Source of the DNA: an uncultured Actinomycetota bacterium
GTDB lineage: Bacteria > Actinomycetota > Actinomycetes > JAFAQI01
Assembly (NCBI GenBank): GCA_963770565.1
Contig: CAVYQE010000006.1
Coordinates: forward strand, 96,001 to 160,000
Reading direction: 5' to 3'
DNA: 64,000 nucleotides
The notes under the pieces were generated by a model. The model had not been told where the DNA came from and did not search any database. It saw only the letters and a program-made list of their open reading frames with translations. The stretch's first letter is position 1; each line of letters opens with the position of its first letter. Below are positions 17,225 to 29,247 of the stretch, in pieces. The translations under genes and the position numbers were made by a program.

Positions 17225-18379
17225 GTGCGCAGTGGCTACCGGGTGATCGACACCGACACCCACGTCGGACCCAACGTCGAAACCCTCCAGAAGTTCGCCG
17301 GGCCGGCGCTGCTCGAGCGCTGGGGCGAGCTGGAGCAGTACTTCTCGCCGGTCACCGACGGCGGCCACATGTTGAGCATCAGCCCGATCCCGTACAAGCG
17401 GCGGCTCGGGCAGCCGGTCAATGCCGAGGTGGCGGTCGCCGGCGGCGCGAACCCGTTGAAGGGCAACGTGTCCGCGGTCCTGCGCGAGCCAGCGGCCACC
17501 GACGTCAACAACACCAACTCGACCGGTCGGCTCGCCGACATGGACCGCGAGGGCGTCGACATCCACCTGCTCATCCCGGCCACCTTCGCGACCGCGGTGT
17601 CGGCGCTCGATCAGACCCTGGCGAAGGAGATCTACGAGGCCTACCACCGGTTCATCGCCGACTACTGCGCCGCGGATCAGGACCGGCTGAAGGCGACCAT
17701 CCTGGTCACCGGCGCCGATCCGGAGTGGTCGGCGGCCGAGATCAAGCGCCTTGCAGGGGAGAAGTTCGTGGCATCGGCCACGGTCGTGCTGCCCGAGGGG
17801 CTGCCCCTCGACGACCCGACCCTGGACCCGATCTGGTCCGCGATGGGCGACGCCGACCTGCCGTTGCTGCACCACTCGTTCTTCTTCGAGCCGCCGTACT
17901 TCCCCGGCTACCGCGACGTATGGGGAAACATCGTCGTCGCGCGCGCGGCCGCCCACCCCTGGGGCGCCGAGCGGCTGGTCGCCTACCTCACCCTGAGCGG
18001 CATGCTCGACCGCTTCCCGCGGCTGCGGATCGGGTTCGCCGAGTGCAGCGCCGGCTGGCTGCCCGGCTGGCTGGTCCGCCTGCAGGGCCAGGCCGAGTAC
18101 ATGCGGCACAACCTGCCCGAAGTGTCGATGAGCCCGGTCGAGTACGCCAAGTCCGGCCGGATCTTCTGCGGGATCGAGCTCTACGAGGGCCTCGACATGG
18201 CGAAGGCAATCCTGCAGGTCTGCGGCGATGGCGTCCTGATGTATCAGTCCGACTACCCGCACCCGGGCGCCCGCTTCCCGGACTCGCCCGAGGTCATCCT
18301 GGCGTGGGAGGAGCTCGGCGAGCCGACGCTGCGCAAGATCCTCGCCGATAACGCCGCCACCTTCCTGCGCCTGCTCTGA
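17225..18379 (+). CDS. Amidohydrolase_2 family protein, paralog 2 of 3
   Basis: GGAGGAGG RBS; YRVIDTDTHVGP, HHSFFFEPPYFPGYRDVWG and SDYPH motifs. Confidence 0.9.
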   Translation: MRSGYRVIDTDTHVGPNVETLQKFAGPALLERWGELEQYFSPVTDGGHMLSISPIPYKRRLGQPVNAEVAVAGGANPLKGNVSAVLREPAATDVNNTNSTGRLADMDREGVDIHLLIPATFATAVSALDQTLAKEIYEAYHRFIADYCAADQDRLKATILVTGADPEWSAAEIKRLAGEKFVASATVVLPEGLPLDDPTLDPIWSAMGDADLPLLHHSFFFEPPYFPGYRDVWGNIVVARAAAHPWGAERLVAYLTLSGMLDRFPRLRIGFAECSAGWLPGWLVRLQGQAEYMRHNLPEVSMSPVEYAKSGRIFCGIELYEGLDMAKAILQVCGDGVLMYQSDYPHPGARFPDSPEVILAWEELGEPTLRKILADNAATFLRLL

Positions 18380-18388
18380 GGCCGGTCA

Positions 18389-19813
18389 GTGCCGACCATC
18401 GGTGTCGTCGCGACATCGGACCAACGTGCCAGCGAGGCCGGCGCGGAGATGCTGCGTAGCGGCGGCAACGCGATCGACGCCGCGGTCACCGCGATGCTCG
18501 CGCTCTACGTCCTCGAGCCGCAGAGCTGCGGTCCGGGCGGTGACGGATTCCTGATCCAGGTCGAGCCGGGTGAGCCGCCGGTCGCGCTCGACGGCGCGGG
18601 GGAGATCCCGCTCGGCCTGACCGCCGCGGCACTCGCCGCCGACGGCTTGTCCGGAGTCCCGCCCCGCGGCGCCCGCACCGCCACCGTGCCGGGTGCGTTG
18701 CCGTTGCTGTCCGACGCGCTTGACCGCTATGGCAGCGTCGGATTCGCCGCCGCGGCCGCACCGGCGATCGCCCTCGCGATGGGGGGATTCGAGGCCGGTC
18801 CGACCCTTGCGGCCGCGGCGGCCCGGGCGGCCGGCGAGATCGCCGGCGATCCGGTCCTCGGTCCGCTCTACGCGCCCGGCGGCCAGCCGGTGCGAGAAGG
18901 CGAGCCGGTGCACAACCCGGCGCTCGCCGACTGCCTGGAGTTGTACGCCGCCGGCGGCCCCGGCCTCCTGCGCGGCGGGGCGCTCGGCGAGGCGATCGCC
19001 GCCCGGGTGCAGGCCGGAGGCGGCTACCTCGACCTCGAGGATCTCCGGCGGCACGAGTCGATCGAGGTGACGCCGCAGTCCGTGGCCTTCCGGGACCGGA
19101 CCGTGTGGGAGTTCGGCCCGCCGACCCAGGGCCCGGCCGTCCTCGGCGCGCTACGCCGGCTCGAGGCGGCCGGCGCGGACTCCAGCGACTGGGTCGCCGT
19201 CATCGAGGCGGTCCGAGCCGGCCTGGTCGAGTCCGGGTTCGACCTTTCGACGATGGTGGTCGGGCAACCGAGCCCGGCCAAGGGGGACACGACGTACGTC
19301 GCGGTGATCGATCGGGATCACCGCGCCGCGTCCTTGATCAGCAGCGTGTTCGGCGACTTCGGCTCGCATTTCGGCATCCCCGAGTTCGGTGGGCCGATCC
19401 TCAACCGGGCCTCGATCCTCCGCCCGTTCAAGCGCGATCCCGAGCCCGGCGCCAAGCCGCCGCACACCACCATCCCGGCGGCGGTCACCCACGACGGGTC
19501 GCTTGCCTATGTGCTTGGCGTGGCTGGCGGCTTCATGCAGCCGCAAGCCCAGGTGCAGGTGCTGATCCATCTGCTGGAGCGCGGGCTTGAGCCGCAGGCG
19601 GCGATCGACCAGCCGCGCTTCAAGATCATGTTCGGCGGCGAGCTGTCGCTCGAGGCCGGCCACCCGCTCTGCCGCGAGCTGCCCGACGCCGCCGCCCGGC
19701 CGCCCGGGCCGGAGGGCTTCGGCGCCGCGCAGGTGGCCGGGGTCGTCGACGGTGAGCTGCTTGCGGGCGCGGATCCGCGCCGGCACGGGGGAGTTGCGAC
19801 CGTCACCACCTGA
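18389..19813 (+). CDS. ggt: Gamma-glutamyltransferase family Ntn-hydrolase
   Basis: GGNAIDAAV, GPGGDGF, GDTTYV (Thr nucleophile), PHTTIP and GADPRR motifs. Confidence 0.88.
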   Translation: MPTIGVVATSDQRASEAGAEMLRSGGNAIDAAVTAMLALYVLEPQSCGPGGDGFLIQVEPGEPPVALDGAGEIPLGLTAAALAADGLSGVPPRGARTATVPGALPLLSDALDRYGSVGFAAAAAPAIALAMGGFEAGPTLAAAAARAAGEIAGDPVLGPLYAPGGQPVREGEPVHNPALADCLELYAAGGPGLLRGGALGEAIAARVQAGGGYLDLEDLRRHESIEVTPQSVAFRDRTVWEFGPPTQGPAVLGALRRLEAAGADSSDWVAVIEAVRAGLVESGFDLSTMVVGQPSPAKGDTTYVAVIDRDHRAASLISSVFGDFGSHFGIPEFGGPILNRASILRPFKRDPEPGAKPPHTTIPAAVTHDGSLAYVLGVAGGFMQPQAQVQVLIHLLERGLEPQAAIDQPRFKIMFGGELSLEAGHPLCRELPDAAARPPGPEGFGAAQVAGVVDGELLAGADPRRHGGVATVTT

Positions 19814-19816
19814 CGG

Positions 19817-21376
19817 TCAGACGATCCGGCTCTCGTGCCCGGCCCAGTACTGCTCGCGCAGCGGGCCCTTGCGCAGCTTGCCGGTCTCGGTGCGCGGAAG
19901 CTCGGCGACGAAGTCGATCGACCGCGGGCACTTGATCGCCGACAGCACCGACCGGCAGTGCTCGTCCAGCTCGGCGACGAGGTCGTCGCTCGCGACCGCG
20001 TCCGGCTCGAGCTGCACGACCGCCTTGACCGCCTCGCCGTACTCCTCGTCCGGTACGCCGATCACGGCGACGTCCGCGACCGACGGATGGGAGAGCAGTG
20101 CGTCCTCGACCTCGCGCGGGTAGATGTTCACCCCGCCGACCACGATCATGTAGGTCCGCCGGTCGGTCAGGTGGAGATAACCCTCGTCGTCGAGGTACCC
20201 GACGTCGTCGAGCGTCGCCCACCCGTCGGATCTGACCCGGGCGGCGGTCGCGGTCGCATCGTTGCGGTAGTGGTAGGGGTCGAGCGGTGCGAAGTAGATC
20301 GTGCCGATCTCACCCGGGCCGAGCCGTACACCGTCGGGGTCGAAGATCGCGATCTCGCTGCGGATCGACTGACCGACTGTTCCGGGACGTTCCAGCCACT
20401 CGGCGGAGGTGACGTAGGTCGCGCCGATGCCTTCGGTGCCGGCGTAGTACTCGTCGATGATCGGGCCGAACCAGTCGATCATCCCTTGCTTCACGTGCGC
20501 AGGGCACGGCGCGGCCGCGTGCACGATCCGCCGCAACGTCGAGACGTCGTACCGACTGCGCACCTCGACCGGCAGCCGCAACAGCCGGAGCATCATCGTC
20601 GGCACGAGCTGCGCATGCGTGACGCCGTAGCGCTCGATCGCCGCCAGCATCTGCTCGGCGTCGAACCGCTCCGGCAGTACGACGCAGCCACCCACCCGCT
20701 GCGCGGACAGGCTCCAGCCCACCGGCGCTGCGTGGTAGAGCGGGCCGGCGCTGAAGAACACCGTGTCGGGCCCGAAGTGGACGCGTTCCATGTATGCCGC
20801 GAGCGGGTTGCTGGACCCGGGCGGCAGCCCGGACAGCGGCCGCTCGATCCCCTTCGGCCGGCCGGTCGTGCCGGAGGAGTAGAGCAGCATCGAGCCCTCG
20901 GTCTCGTCGGCCAAAGGCTCGGACGACGTCGCCGCGAGCGCGGCTTCGTAGTCCTCGACCCCCGGGATCGCGGCGTTCACCGCGAGGACCCGGCGCACGT
21001 CGCCGACCGCAGCCGCCACATCGCGGGCCCGCTCCGTCGCGAGCGCGGTGGCGACCACGACGTCCGCGCCGGAGTCGCGGACAAGGTGGTCGAGCTCGGT
21101 CGCCGTCGACCGCGGGTTGATCGGTGTGCAGTAGCGACCCGACCGCAACGCGCCCCAGCAGATCTCGAGGAACTGCACGTCGTTGGCCATCACCAGCGCG
21201 ACGTGGTCACCGACACCGAGACCCGATTCGTCCAGCAGCCGGGCGAACTGCGTCGACCGCCGGTCGAGGTCGGCGTACGTCACCGTCGTGCCGTCGGCCG
21301 CCATGATGATCGCCGGCGCCGCCCCGCTGTGCCGGGCGATCGCGCCGACATGCCCTGAGTCGAGCGGTTCGGTCAT
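19817..21376 (-). CDS. Acyl-CoA synthetase (AMP-forming)
   Basis: YSSGTTGRPKG, GPLYHAAP, EYYAGTE, GGVNIYP and TGKLRK motifs. Confidence 0.92.
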   Translation of the reverse strand: MTEPLDSGHVGAIARHSGAAPAIIMAADGTTVTYADLDRRSTQFARLLDESGLGVGDHVALVMANDVQFLEICWGALRSGRYCTPINPRSTATELDHLVRDSGADVVVATALATERARDVAAAVGDVRRVLAVNAAIPGVEDYEAALAATSSEPLADETEGSMLLYSSGTTGRPKGIERPLSGLPPGSSNPLAAYMERVHFGPDTVFFSAGPLYHAAPVGWSLSAQRVGGCVVLPERFDAEQMLAAIERYGVTHAQLVPTMMLRLLRLPVEVRSRYDVSTLRRIVHAAAPCPAHVKQGMIDWFGPIIDEYYAGTEGIGATYVTSAEWLERPGTVGQSIRSEIAIFDPDGVRLGPGEIGTIYFAPLDPYHYRNDATATAARVRSDGWATLDDVGYLDDEGYLHLTDRRTYMIVVGGVNIYPREVEDALLSHPSVADVAVIGVPDEEYGEAVKAVVQLEPDAVASDDLVAELDEHCRSVLSAIKCPRSIDFVAELPRTETGKLRKGPLREQYWAGHESRIV

Positions 21377-22610
21377 ACGACCCGAGCGGCGTGCAGCTCG
21401 GCGATCCGTTGCTCGCCGTACCCGAGCTCGGCGAGGATCTCGTCGGTGTGCTCGCCGAGCGAGGGCGCGGGTCGCGCGACCGAGTACGGCTCGTGATCGA
21501 CGATGACCGGTTCACCGACGTAGGTGAACGCTCCGGCGTCCGGGTGGCTGCCTTCGACCAGGATCGTCCGGGCTTGCAGGTGCGGGTCGGTCGCGAGTGC
21601 GCGCGCACCCTGGTGGGCCGGACCGATCGGCAGGTGCGCGTCGGCGGCGAGTTCGACCCACTCGGCCTGGGTGCGGGTGCGGAAGATCTCTTGCAACCGC
21701 TGCCTAAGGTCGAGATCGGCGTGCGAGAAGTCGATCGGCGACTCGTCCGCGCTGCGCTCCTTGAGCTCCGGAGCGCCGACCAGGTCGCAGAACTGCTCCC
21801 AGAACTTCGGCTCGATGCAGCAGAAGAGCACGAACTTCTCGTCCGCGGTCTCGTACCACTGGTACTTCGGCCCGCTGTGCGGCGCCTGACCCGCCTCGCG
21901 CAGGTTTCGCCGGTCGGTGATCCGGTCGTCGTTGAGCCCGTACACCGCGCCCATCCATCCGGAGGCGATGACGGCGTCCGACCCGGCCGCGTCGAGGTAG
22001 GCGCCGGCGCCGGTCCGGTCCCGGCGCACCAGCGCCGCCGCGACGTGCAGCGCGGCATGCACCCCGCCGACCGCGGTCCCGTCGCCGCCGGCCTTGGTGC
22101 CGCCCATCGGCTCGTCCGCCTGGTAGTGGTGCACCAGGCCGTCGGCCTCGGTGCGGACCGGTACGGCGGCAGCGAGCGAGTTCATCATCTGCCCGTGCGT
22201 GGGAATCGTGGAGTACGGGCCGGTGGCACCGAAGCCGGAGAAGTGGCAGTAGATGATGTCGGGCTTCACCGACCGCTGGACGTCGTACCCGATCCCCAGC
22301 CGGTCGCATGCGCCGGCGACGAAGCCGTCGATGAACACGTCCGCCGTCTGCAGCAGGTCGAAGAACACTTCCTGGCCGTCCGGCTCGCGAAGGTCCACGG
22401 TCAGGCTGCGCTTGTTCTTGTTGACCTGCAGGTGTGCCGGGCTGTTGTGCGGGCTGACCTGCCCGAGCATGTCGCGGAGGTAGTCGCCGCGGCCCGGCGC
22501 CTCGACCTTGATCACGTCGGCGCCGAGGTCGCCGAGCAGCATGCCCAGGTTGTCGCCGTTGAGCAGCATCGCGGCCTCGAGGACCCGTACGCCGGAGAGA
22601 AGCTGGCTCA

Positions 22611-22611
<1 letters not shown>
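21373..22611 (-). CDS. CaiB/BaiF family III CoA-transferase
   Basis: LSGVRVLE, DLGADVIKVEAP, NKNKRSLTVDL and APSLGEHTDEIL motifs; ATG 22611 overlaps the ALDH stop. Confidence 0.9.
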
Positions 22612-24083
<1,472 letters not shown>

Positions 24084-24111
24084 CTCGCCCCTCCGCGTCG
24101 GTCGCGCTCGG

Positions 24112-24828
24112 TCACAGCAGCATCATTCCGCCGTCGACGTGCAACGTGATCCCGGTGACGTATCCGTTGCCCATCAAGAAGACCGCCGCGTCGGCGATCT
24201 CCTCCGGCGTACCGAGTCGGCCGAGCGGGACCCGGGCGTTGATCGCCGCGGTCGCGGCTTCGCGATCCGCCCCCATCGTGCGGTCGAGCATGGGGGTGCG
24301 GATCGGGCCGGGGCAGATCGTGTTCACCCGGATCGGGGCGAGCTCCACCGCCATCGCCCGGCCGAACGACTCCAGACCGGCGGTCGCGGCCGCGCCGATC
24401 GAGCGGTCCCGGCGCGGCCGGTGCGCCGACAATCCGGAGCAGAAGGTCACCGAGCCGGTCGACGGCATCTTCGGCGTGGCGTACTTGCAGACCAGCAGCG
24501 CGCCCCAGACCCGAGCCTCCATCGCCCGCCGGAACAGCGCGAGCTCAGCGTCCGGCAGCGGCGACACCGGCTGCTCGCCGGCGAAGACCACGACGTGGTC
24601 GACCTCGTAGAGCGCGTCGAATGCGGCCGCGACCTGGTCCTCGTCAGCGGCGTCGGCCGCGATCGCGCGAACTTCTGAGCCGAGGCTTGCACGGGCTTGC
24701 TCGAGCCGGTCCCGATCACGCGCGACGATCGTGACGCTGGCGCCCTCGTCGACCGCGCGCCGGGCCGTGGCCAGCCCCATGCCGGAACTCGCGCCGACGA
24801 CGACGACTTGCGCACCTGCTAGAGACAT
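24112..24828 (-). CDS. Atypical SDR family oxidoreductase
   Basis: GASSGMG and ELAPIRVNTICPG motifs; canonical YxxxK is replaced (SIGAAATAG). Confidence 0.85.
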   Translation of the reverse strand: MSLAGAQVVVVGASSGMGLATARRAVDEGASVTIVARDRDRLEQARASLGSEVRAIAADAADEDQVAAAFDALYEVDHVVVFAGEQPVSPLPDAELALFRRAMEARVWGALLVCKYATPKMPSTGSVTFCSGLSAHRPRRDRSIGAAATAGLESFGRAMAVELAPIRVNTICPGPIRTPMLDRTMGADREAATAAINARVPLGRLGTPEEIADAAVFLMGNGYVTGITLHVDGGMMLL

Positions 24829-24897
24829 GTCCCACGACCCTCCCGTTGCGCGGTCATGATCGTCAAGAAGGACCGGGGCGTCGGCGGCTCATCGCGA

Positions 24898-24915
24898 TAC
24901 AGAGTATACTCTAAT
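24898..24915. promoter_or_regulatory. Putative operator 7
   Basis: TAC-AG-AGTATACT-CT-AAT; perfect 12-bp palindrome AGAGTATACTCT at 24901-24912. Confidence 0.75.
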
Positions 24916-24950
24916 TTCACGGCACCGCATGACGCGAACGGGGACGGCAC

Positions 24951-26102
24951 ATGAGGGACGGCTACCGCATCATCGACACCGACACACATGTCGGGCCTAC
25001 TGCGGATGTGTTGTACGAGTACGGATCTGACCAGTTGCGCGCGCGCCGGGAGGAGCTGGCGCAGTACGAGGTGCAGACTCGCGACGGCACCGGGCTGTCG
25101 ATCCGGCCCTTCCCGTACAAGCGCCAGATGGGCGACAAGCCCGGCGACGACGGCACCGGAAGCGCGGGCGGCACCCCGGCCCTGAAGGGCAAGACCGCGA
25201 GCAAGGTGCGCGAGCCGGTGCAGCCCGAGGTGTCGGTGAAGAACTCGGCCGGGCGGCTGGTCGACATGGACCGCGAGGGTCGCGACATCGACCTGATCAT
25301 CCCCGGCACCTTTGCCACTGCGGTGTCGGCGATCGAGCCGTCGCTGGCACTCGAGCTGCACTCCGCTTATCACCGCTACATGGCCGACTACTGCTCCGCC
25401 GACCAGGACCGGTTGAAGGCGACCATCCTGGCGCCGGCCTGGGACCCCGAGTGGGCCGCAGCGGAGATCCGGAGGTGGGCGCCGGAGAAGTGGGTCACCG
25501 CGGTGACGGTGGTCCTGCCGGAGGGCACTCCGATCGACGACCCCGACCTGCACCCGATCTGGCGGGCGATGGACGACAACGACCTGCCGATCCTGCATCA
25601 CTCGTTCTTCTACGAGCCGCCGTTCTTCCCCGGCTACCGGGACATCTGGGGCCATGTCGCAATGGCGCGCGCGGCGGCACATCCGTGGGGCGCGCAGCGG
25701 TTGCTCGGCTACCTGCTGTTGTCCGGGCTGCTCGATCAGTACCAGACGCTGCGGATCGGCTTCGCCGAGTGCAGCGCGGGCTGGCTGCCCAGCTGGTTGA
25801 GCCGGCTCGACGGCCAGGCCGACTACCTCAGCCCGTCCCTGCCGACCCGCAAGCAGACCGCGATGGAGTACGCCCAGTCCGGCCGGGTCTTCTGCGGCAT
25901 CGACCTGTACGAAGGCGAGACGATCGGCAAGGCGGTCATGTCGGTCGTCGGCGACGGCGTCCTGATGTATCAGTCCGACTACCCGCACGACCAGTGCTAC
26001 TTCCCGGAGTCGCCGGACGTCGTCCTCAACTGGTCGATCGATGAGGGCAGCAAGCGCAAGCTGATGGCCGGCAACGCCGAGAAGTTCATGCGGCTGCTGT
26101 GA
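24951..26102 (+). CDS. Amidohydrolase_2 family protein, paralog 3 of 3
   Basis: MRDGYRIIDTDTHVGP, HHSFFYEPPFFPGYRDIWG and SDYPH motifs. Confidence 0.9.
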   Translation: MRDGYRIIDTDTHVGPTADVLYEYGSDQLRARREELAQYEVQTRDGTGLSIRPFPYKRQMGDKPGDDGTGSAGGTPALKGKTASKVREPVQPEVSVKNSAGRLVDMDREGRDIDLIIPGTFATAVSAIEPSLALELHSAYHRYMADYCSADQDRLKATILAPAWDPEWAAAEIRRWAPEKWVTAVTVVLPEGTPIDDPDLHPIWRAMDDNDLPILHHSFFYEPPFFPGYRDIWGHVAMARAAAHPWGAQRLLGYLLLSGLLDQYQTLRIGFAECSAGWLPSWLSRLDGQADYLSPSLPTRKQTAMEYAQSGRVFCGIDLYEGETIGKAVMSVVGDGVLMYQSDYPHDQCYFPESPDVVLNWSIDEGSKRKLMAGNAEKFMRLL

Positions 26103-26106
26103 CGAT

Positions 26107-26658
26107 GTGAGCCGACTCCCTCTGGTCGCCGAAGGCGACCTCGACGAATCACTCCTGCCGCTGCTCGACCGGTTCCAGAAAGCCGGCCTCGACGTGCCGG
26201 TGCTCTACCGCACGCTGGCCAACGCGCCGAAGATGCTGCACGGCTGGATCGGTTTCGCCTGGTCGCTGCGCAACGACGCGCAGACCGACCGGGGGCTGCG
26301 CGAGCTGGCGATCATGCGGGTCGCGCAGCTCACCGGTGCGTCGTACGAGTGGCAGGCGCACTGGCCGATGGCCGAGCACTTCGGCATGTCGCGCGAGCAG
26401 CTGGCCGAGCTCAAGGAGTGGAGCTCGAGCGAGGCGTTCAGCGACGAGCAGCGGCTCATCCTGGCGCTCACCGACGACCTGACCATGCGGCTCGACGTCT
26501 CCGACGAAACGTGGGCGGCGTTGATGGCGGCGTACAGCCCGGCCGACGTGGTCGAGCTCGTCCTCACGGTCGCGTTCTACTCCTGCGTGTCCCGGGTGCT
26601 CGGCGCCTTCCAGCTGCGGCCCGACGGTGACTCGGAAAGCATCGCCGAACTGATGTAG
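26107..26658 (+). CDS. Carboxymuconolactone decarboxylase/AhpD-like family protein
   Basis: LRELAIMRVA...YEWQAH and VELVLTVAFYSCVSR motifs. Confidence 0.85.
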   Translation: MSRLPLVAEGDLDESLLPLLDRFQKAGLDVPVLYRTLANAPKMLHGWIGFAWSLRNDAQTDRGLRELAIMRVAQLTGASYEWQAHWPMAEHFGMSREQLAELKEWSSSEAFSDEQRLILALTDDLTMRLDVSDETWAALMAAYSPADVVELVLTVAFYSCVSRVLGAFQLRPDGDSESIAELM

Positions 26659-26662
26659 GCCC

Positions 26663-28300
26663 TCAGCGGGTTGACGTGCGCTGCGAACGGATCTGGATCG
26701 GCGTCAGCGCGGCCAGGTCGATGTCGAGCAAGTACGGCTTGCCGGAGCCGAGCGCCTCGGTAAAGGCCTTCTCGAATTCCTCGACTCCATGGACCGGCGT
26801 CGCGGCGAGGCCGACCGAAGCCGCCAGCGCGCAAAAGTCGGGCGTCGCCAGGTCGACGCCGGTGTGCCGGCCTTCGAAGCCGACGGTCTGGATGTAGCGC
26901 AGGATGCCGTAGCCGCCGTCGTTGAAGACGCACAGCACGACCGGCACCTGTTGCTGCACCAACGTGGCGAGCTCGCCGATGCTGAGCATCAGGCCGCCGT
27001 CGCCTTGGATCACAACGGTCGGCTTGCCGGTCCCGACCGCCGCGCCCAAGGCCATCGGCAGCCCGGGTCCGATCGCCATCGAGGTCGCCCGCATCGACGT
27101 ACGCGGCTCGTAGACCGGGAGCGTGCGGTTGGCCCAGATGGTGGCCGCAATCGTGGTGTCCTTGACGACGATCGCGTCTCGCGGCAGCGCGTCGCGGATG
27201 ATGCTGCTGATCCGGGTGAAGTCGGGCCCGATCGCGTCGTGTGTTTCGGCATCGGCGGCCACGCGCGCCGCCTTGGCCTCCTCGACATAGGCGGGGTCGG
27301 CGCCGCCCGAGTCGACCTGCTCGAGCAGGGCCTGCAAACCGGCGCGTGCGTCGCCGACCATCGCGACCCGCGGCTGGTAGGTGAGACCGATGACGCTCGG
27401 GTCGACGTCGAGGTGGATCAGCGCGCCGGGGATGGTCAGCGCGCGGGCCACCGGGGTGGCCATCTGGAAGCGGGTGCCGACCGCCAGTACGACGTCGGCC
27501 GCGGCGATGATCGGGTCGAGGACGCTCATGTCCGCGTTCGGGCCGAGTGCCAGCGGATGATCCTCCGGGATCGCGCCCCGGCCCTCGATCGAGGTGAGGA
27601 CCGGCGCGCTCAACCGCTCGGCGAGCTGCCGGAGCTCGCCGGTCGCACCGGCCGCGGCAACCCCGCCGCCGGCCCAGATCAGCGGCGACCGGGCGCCCCG
27701 GAGGAGAGCCGCCGCTTCGGTCACCGACGTCGGCTCGGGCCGGGTGACGGCCGGTGGCTCGAACGCGAACGGCGGGTCGTCGTACCGCTTGGACTGCAGG
27801 TCGATCGGGATCTCGACCGCGCCCGGCATCGTCCGCCCGCGCCGCATCTCCGTCACGACCCGGGCGAAGGCGTCGACCAGGTCCTCGCGGCGCTCGACCG
27901 TCGCCGCCGCGCGCACGATCGTGCCGAGCATCTCGGCCTGCCGGTCGGCGTTGTGGATGTAGCCACGGCCCTTGCCGAGGTACGCCGTCTCGACCTGCCC
28001 GGTGATCATCAGGACCGGCGAGGAGGCGTAGGCCGCCTCGAACAACCCGCCCATCCCGTTGGCCGCACCCGGCCCGGTGCTGGTGATGACCACGCCGAGC
28101 GAGCCGGTCGCGCGGGCGTAGCCGTCAGCCGCGTGCACGCCGCCCTGCTCGTGCCGGACCGGCACCAGCTCGACCCGACCGTGGCGGGCGAGGGCGTCGA
28201 AGATCGGCAGGTTGTGGACGCTGACGATGCCGAACACATGGCGCACGCCGAGGGCCGCGAGGAGGTCGACGATCGCCTCGCCACCGGTGCGTTCGGTCAC
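26663..28300 (-). CDS. Thiamine diphosphate-dependent enzyme (acetolactate synthase-like superfamily)
   Basis: RHEQGGVHAADGYAR, TGPGAAN and GDGG...NDGGYG ThDP motif. Confidence 0.92.
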   Translation of the reverse strand: MTERTGGEAIVDLLAALGVRHVFGIVSVHNLPIFDALARHGRVELVPVRHEQGGVHAADGYARATGSLGVVITSTGPGAANGMGGLFEAAYASSPVLMITGQVETAYLGKGRGYIHNADRQAEMLGTIVRAAATVERREDLVDAFARVVTEMRRGRTMPGAVEIPIDLQSKRYDDPPFAFEPPAVTRPEPTSVTEAAALLRGARSPLIWAGGGVAAAGATGELRQLAERLSAPVLTSIEGRGAIPEDHPLALGPNADMSVLDPIIAAADVVLAVGTRFQMATPVARALTIPGALIHLDVDPSVIGLTYQPRVAMVGDARAGLQALLEQVDSGGADPAYVEEAKAARVAADAETHDAIGPDFTRISSIIRDALPRDAIVVKDTTIAATIWANRTLPVYEPRTSMRATSMAIGPGLPMALGAAVGTGKPTVVIQGDGGLMLSIGELATLVQQQVPVVLCVFNDGGYGILRYIQTVGFEGRHTGVDLATPDFCALAASVGLAATPVHGVEEFEKAFTEALGSGKPYLLDIDLAALTPIQIRSQRTSTR

Positions 28301-28322
28301 CGCTCGCTCCCATCCTCCGCGA

Positions 28323-28340
28323 AGATCAGTATCCTATATT
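28323..28340. promoter_or_regulatory. Putative operator 8
   Basis: AGA-TC-AGTATCCT-AT-ATT upstream of the ThDP enzyme. Confidence 0.7.
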
Positions 28341-28350
28341 CCGGGCCGTC

Positions 28351-29100
28351 TCAGGGGCGGAACGTGAACCCGCCGTCGATCGCGAAGGTCTGGCCGGTCA
28401 CCCACGCCGCGTCGTCGCTGCATAGGTAGCGCATCATCCCGTACATGTCCGCGGCTGTCCCCGCGCGCTTGACCGCGTTCTGACTGACCAGCCGCTCGAT
28501 CACCGCGGGCGGCACCTGGCGCTGAGTGGCCTCGTTGTCGATCGTGCCGGGTGCGATCGCGTTGACCGTGATGCCGTCGCCGCCCACCTCGGTCGCCATC
28601 GCGTAGGTCAGCTGGATCAGGCCGAGCTTGCTCACGCCGTACACGCCGCTCGGCCGCCACGCACCGATCGAGGCAATGTTGACGATCCGGCCCCACCTGT
28701 TCTCGCGCATCGCCGGCACCACGGCCGCACTGCACAGCAGCGGGCCTTTGAGGTTCACCGCCATCACGAGGTCCCAGTAGCCGGGGTCGATCTCGGTCAG
28801 CTTGGCGCGCTCGAGGTCGCCCCAGATCCCGGCGTTGTTGACCAGCACGTGTACGCCGCCGAACTCCGCGACCGTCGCGGCAACGAGGTCGCTGACACTC
28901 GTTGCGTCGGTGACGTCGACGGTCACCGCAAGGCAGCGCCCACCGCTCTCCCGGATGTCGGCGGCGGTGGCCTGCGCGGAGTCGCTGTCGACGTCGGCGA
29001 TCACGACTGCGGCGCCATCTCTGGCGAACGACTGCGCGTACTCGCGGCCGAGGCCGCGACCCGCTCCGGTGACGATGGCTACCTTGTCGTCGAGCGTCAT
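28351..29100 (-). CDS. SDR family oxidoreductase
   Basis: TGAGRGLG, NNAG, VYGVSK and VTGQTFAIDGG motifs. Confidence 0.9.
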   Translation of the reverse strand: MTLDDKVAIVTGAGRGLGREYAQSFARDGAAVVIADVDSDSAQATAADIRESGGRCLAVTVDVTDATSVSDLVAATVAEFGGVHVLVNNAGIWGDLERAKLTEIDPGYWDLVMAVNLKGPLLCSAAVVPAMRENRWGRIVNIASIGAWRPSGVYGVSKLGLIQLTYAMATEVGGDGITVNAIAPGTIDNEATQRQVPPAVIERLVSQNAVKRAGTAADMYGMMRYLCSDDAAWVTGQTFAIDGGFTFRP

Positions 29101-29155
29101 TTCACGAGCTCCCATCGAGCTTTGGCACTAGCATTGGGCCTCTGACAACCCCAAG

Positions 29156-29173
29156 AATTGCGTATACTCTGTT
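29156..29173. promoter_or_regulatory. Putative operator 9
   Basis: AAT-TG-CGTATACT-CT-GTT between the divergent SDR and ABC fusion genes. Confidence 0.7.
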
Positions 29174-29247
29174 TTGATGGCACGCCGGGGCTGGAGTCAG
29201 CCCGCGGGCGGCAGTGTGAACCCGAACACAGCCGCGAGGAGTTCGCA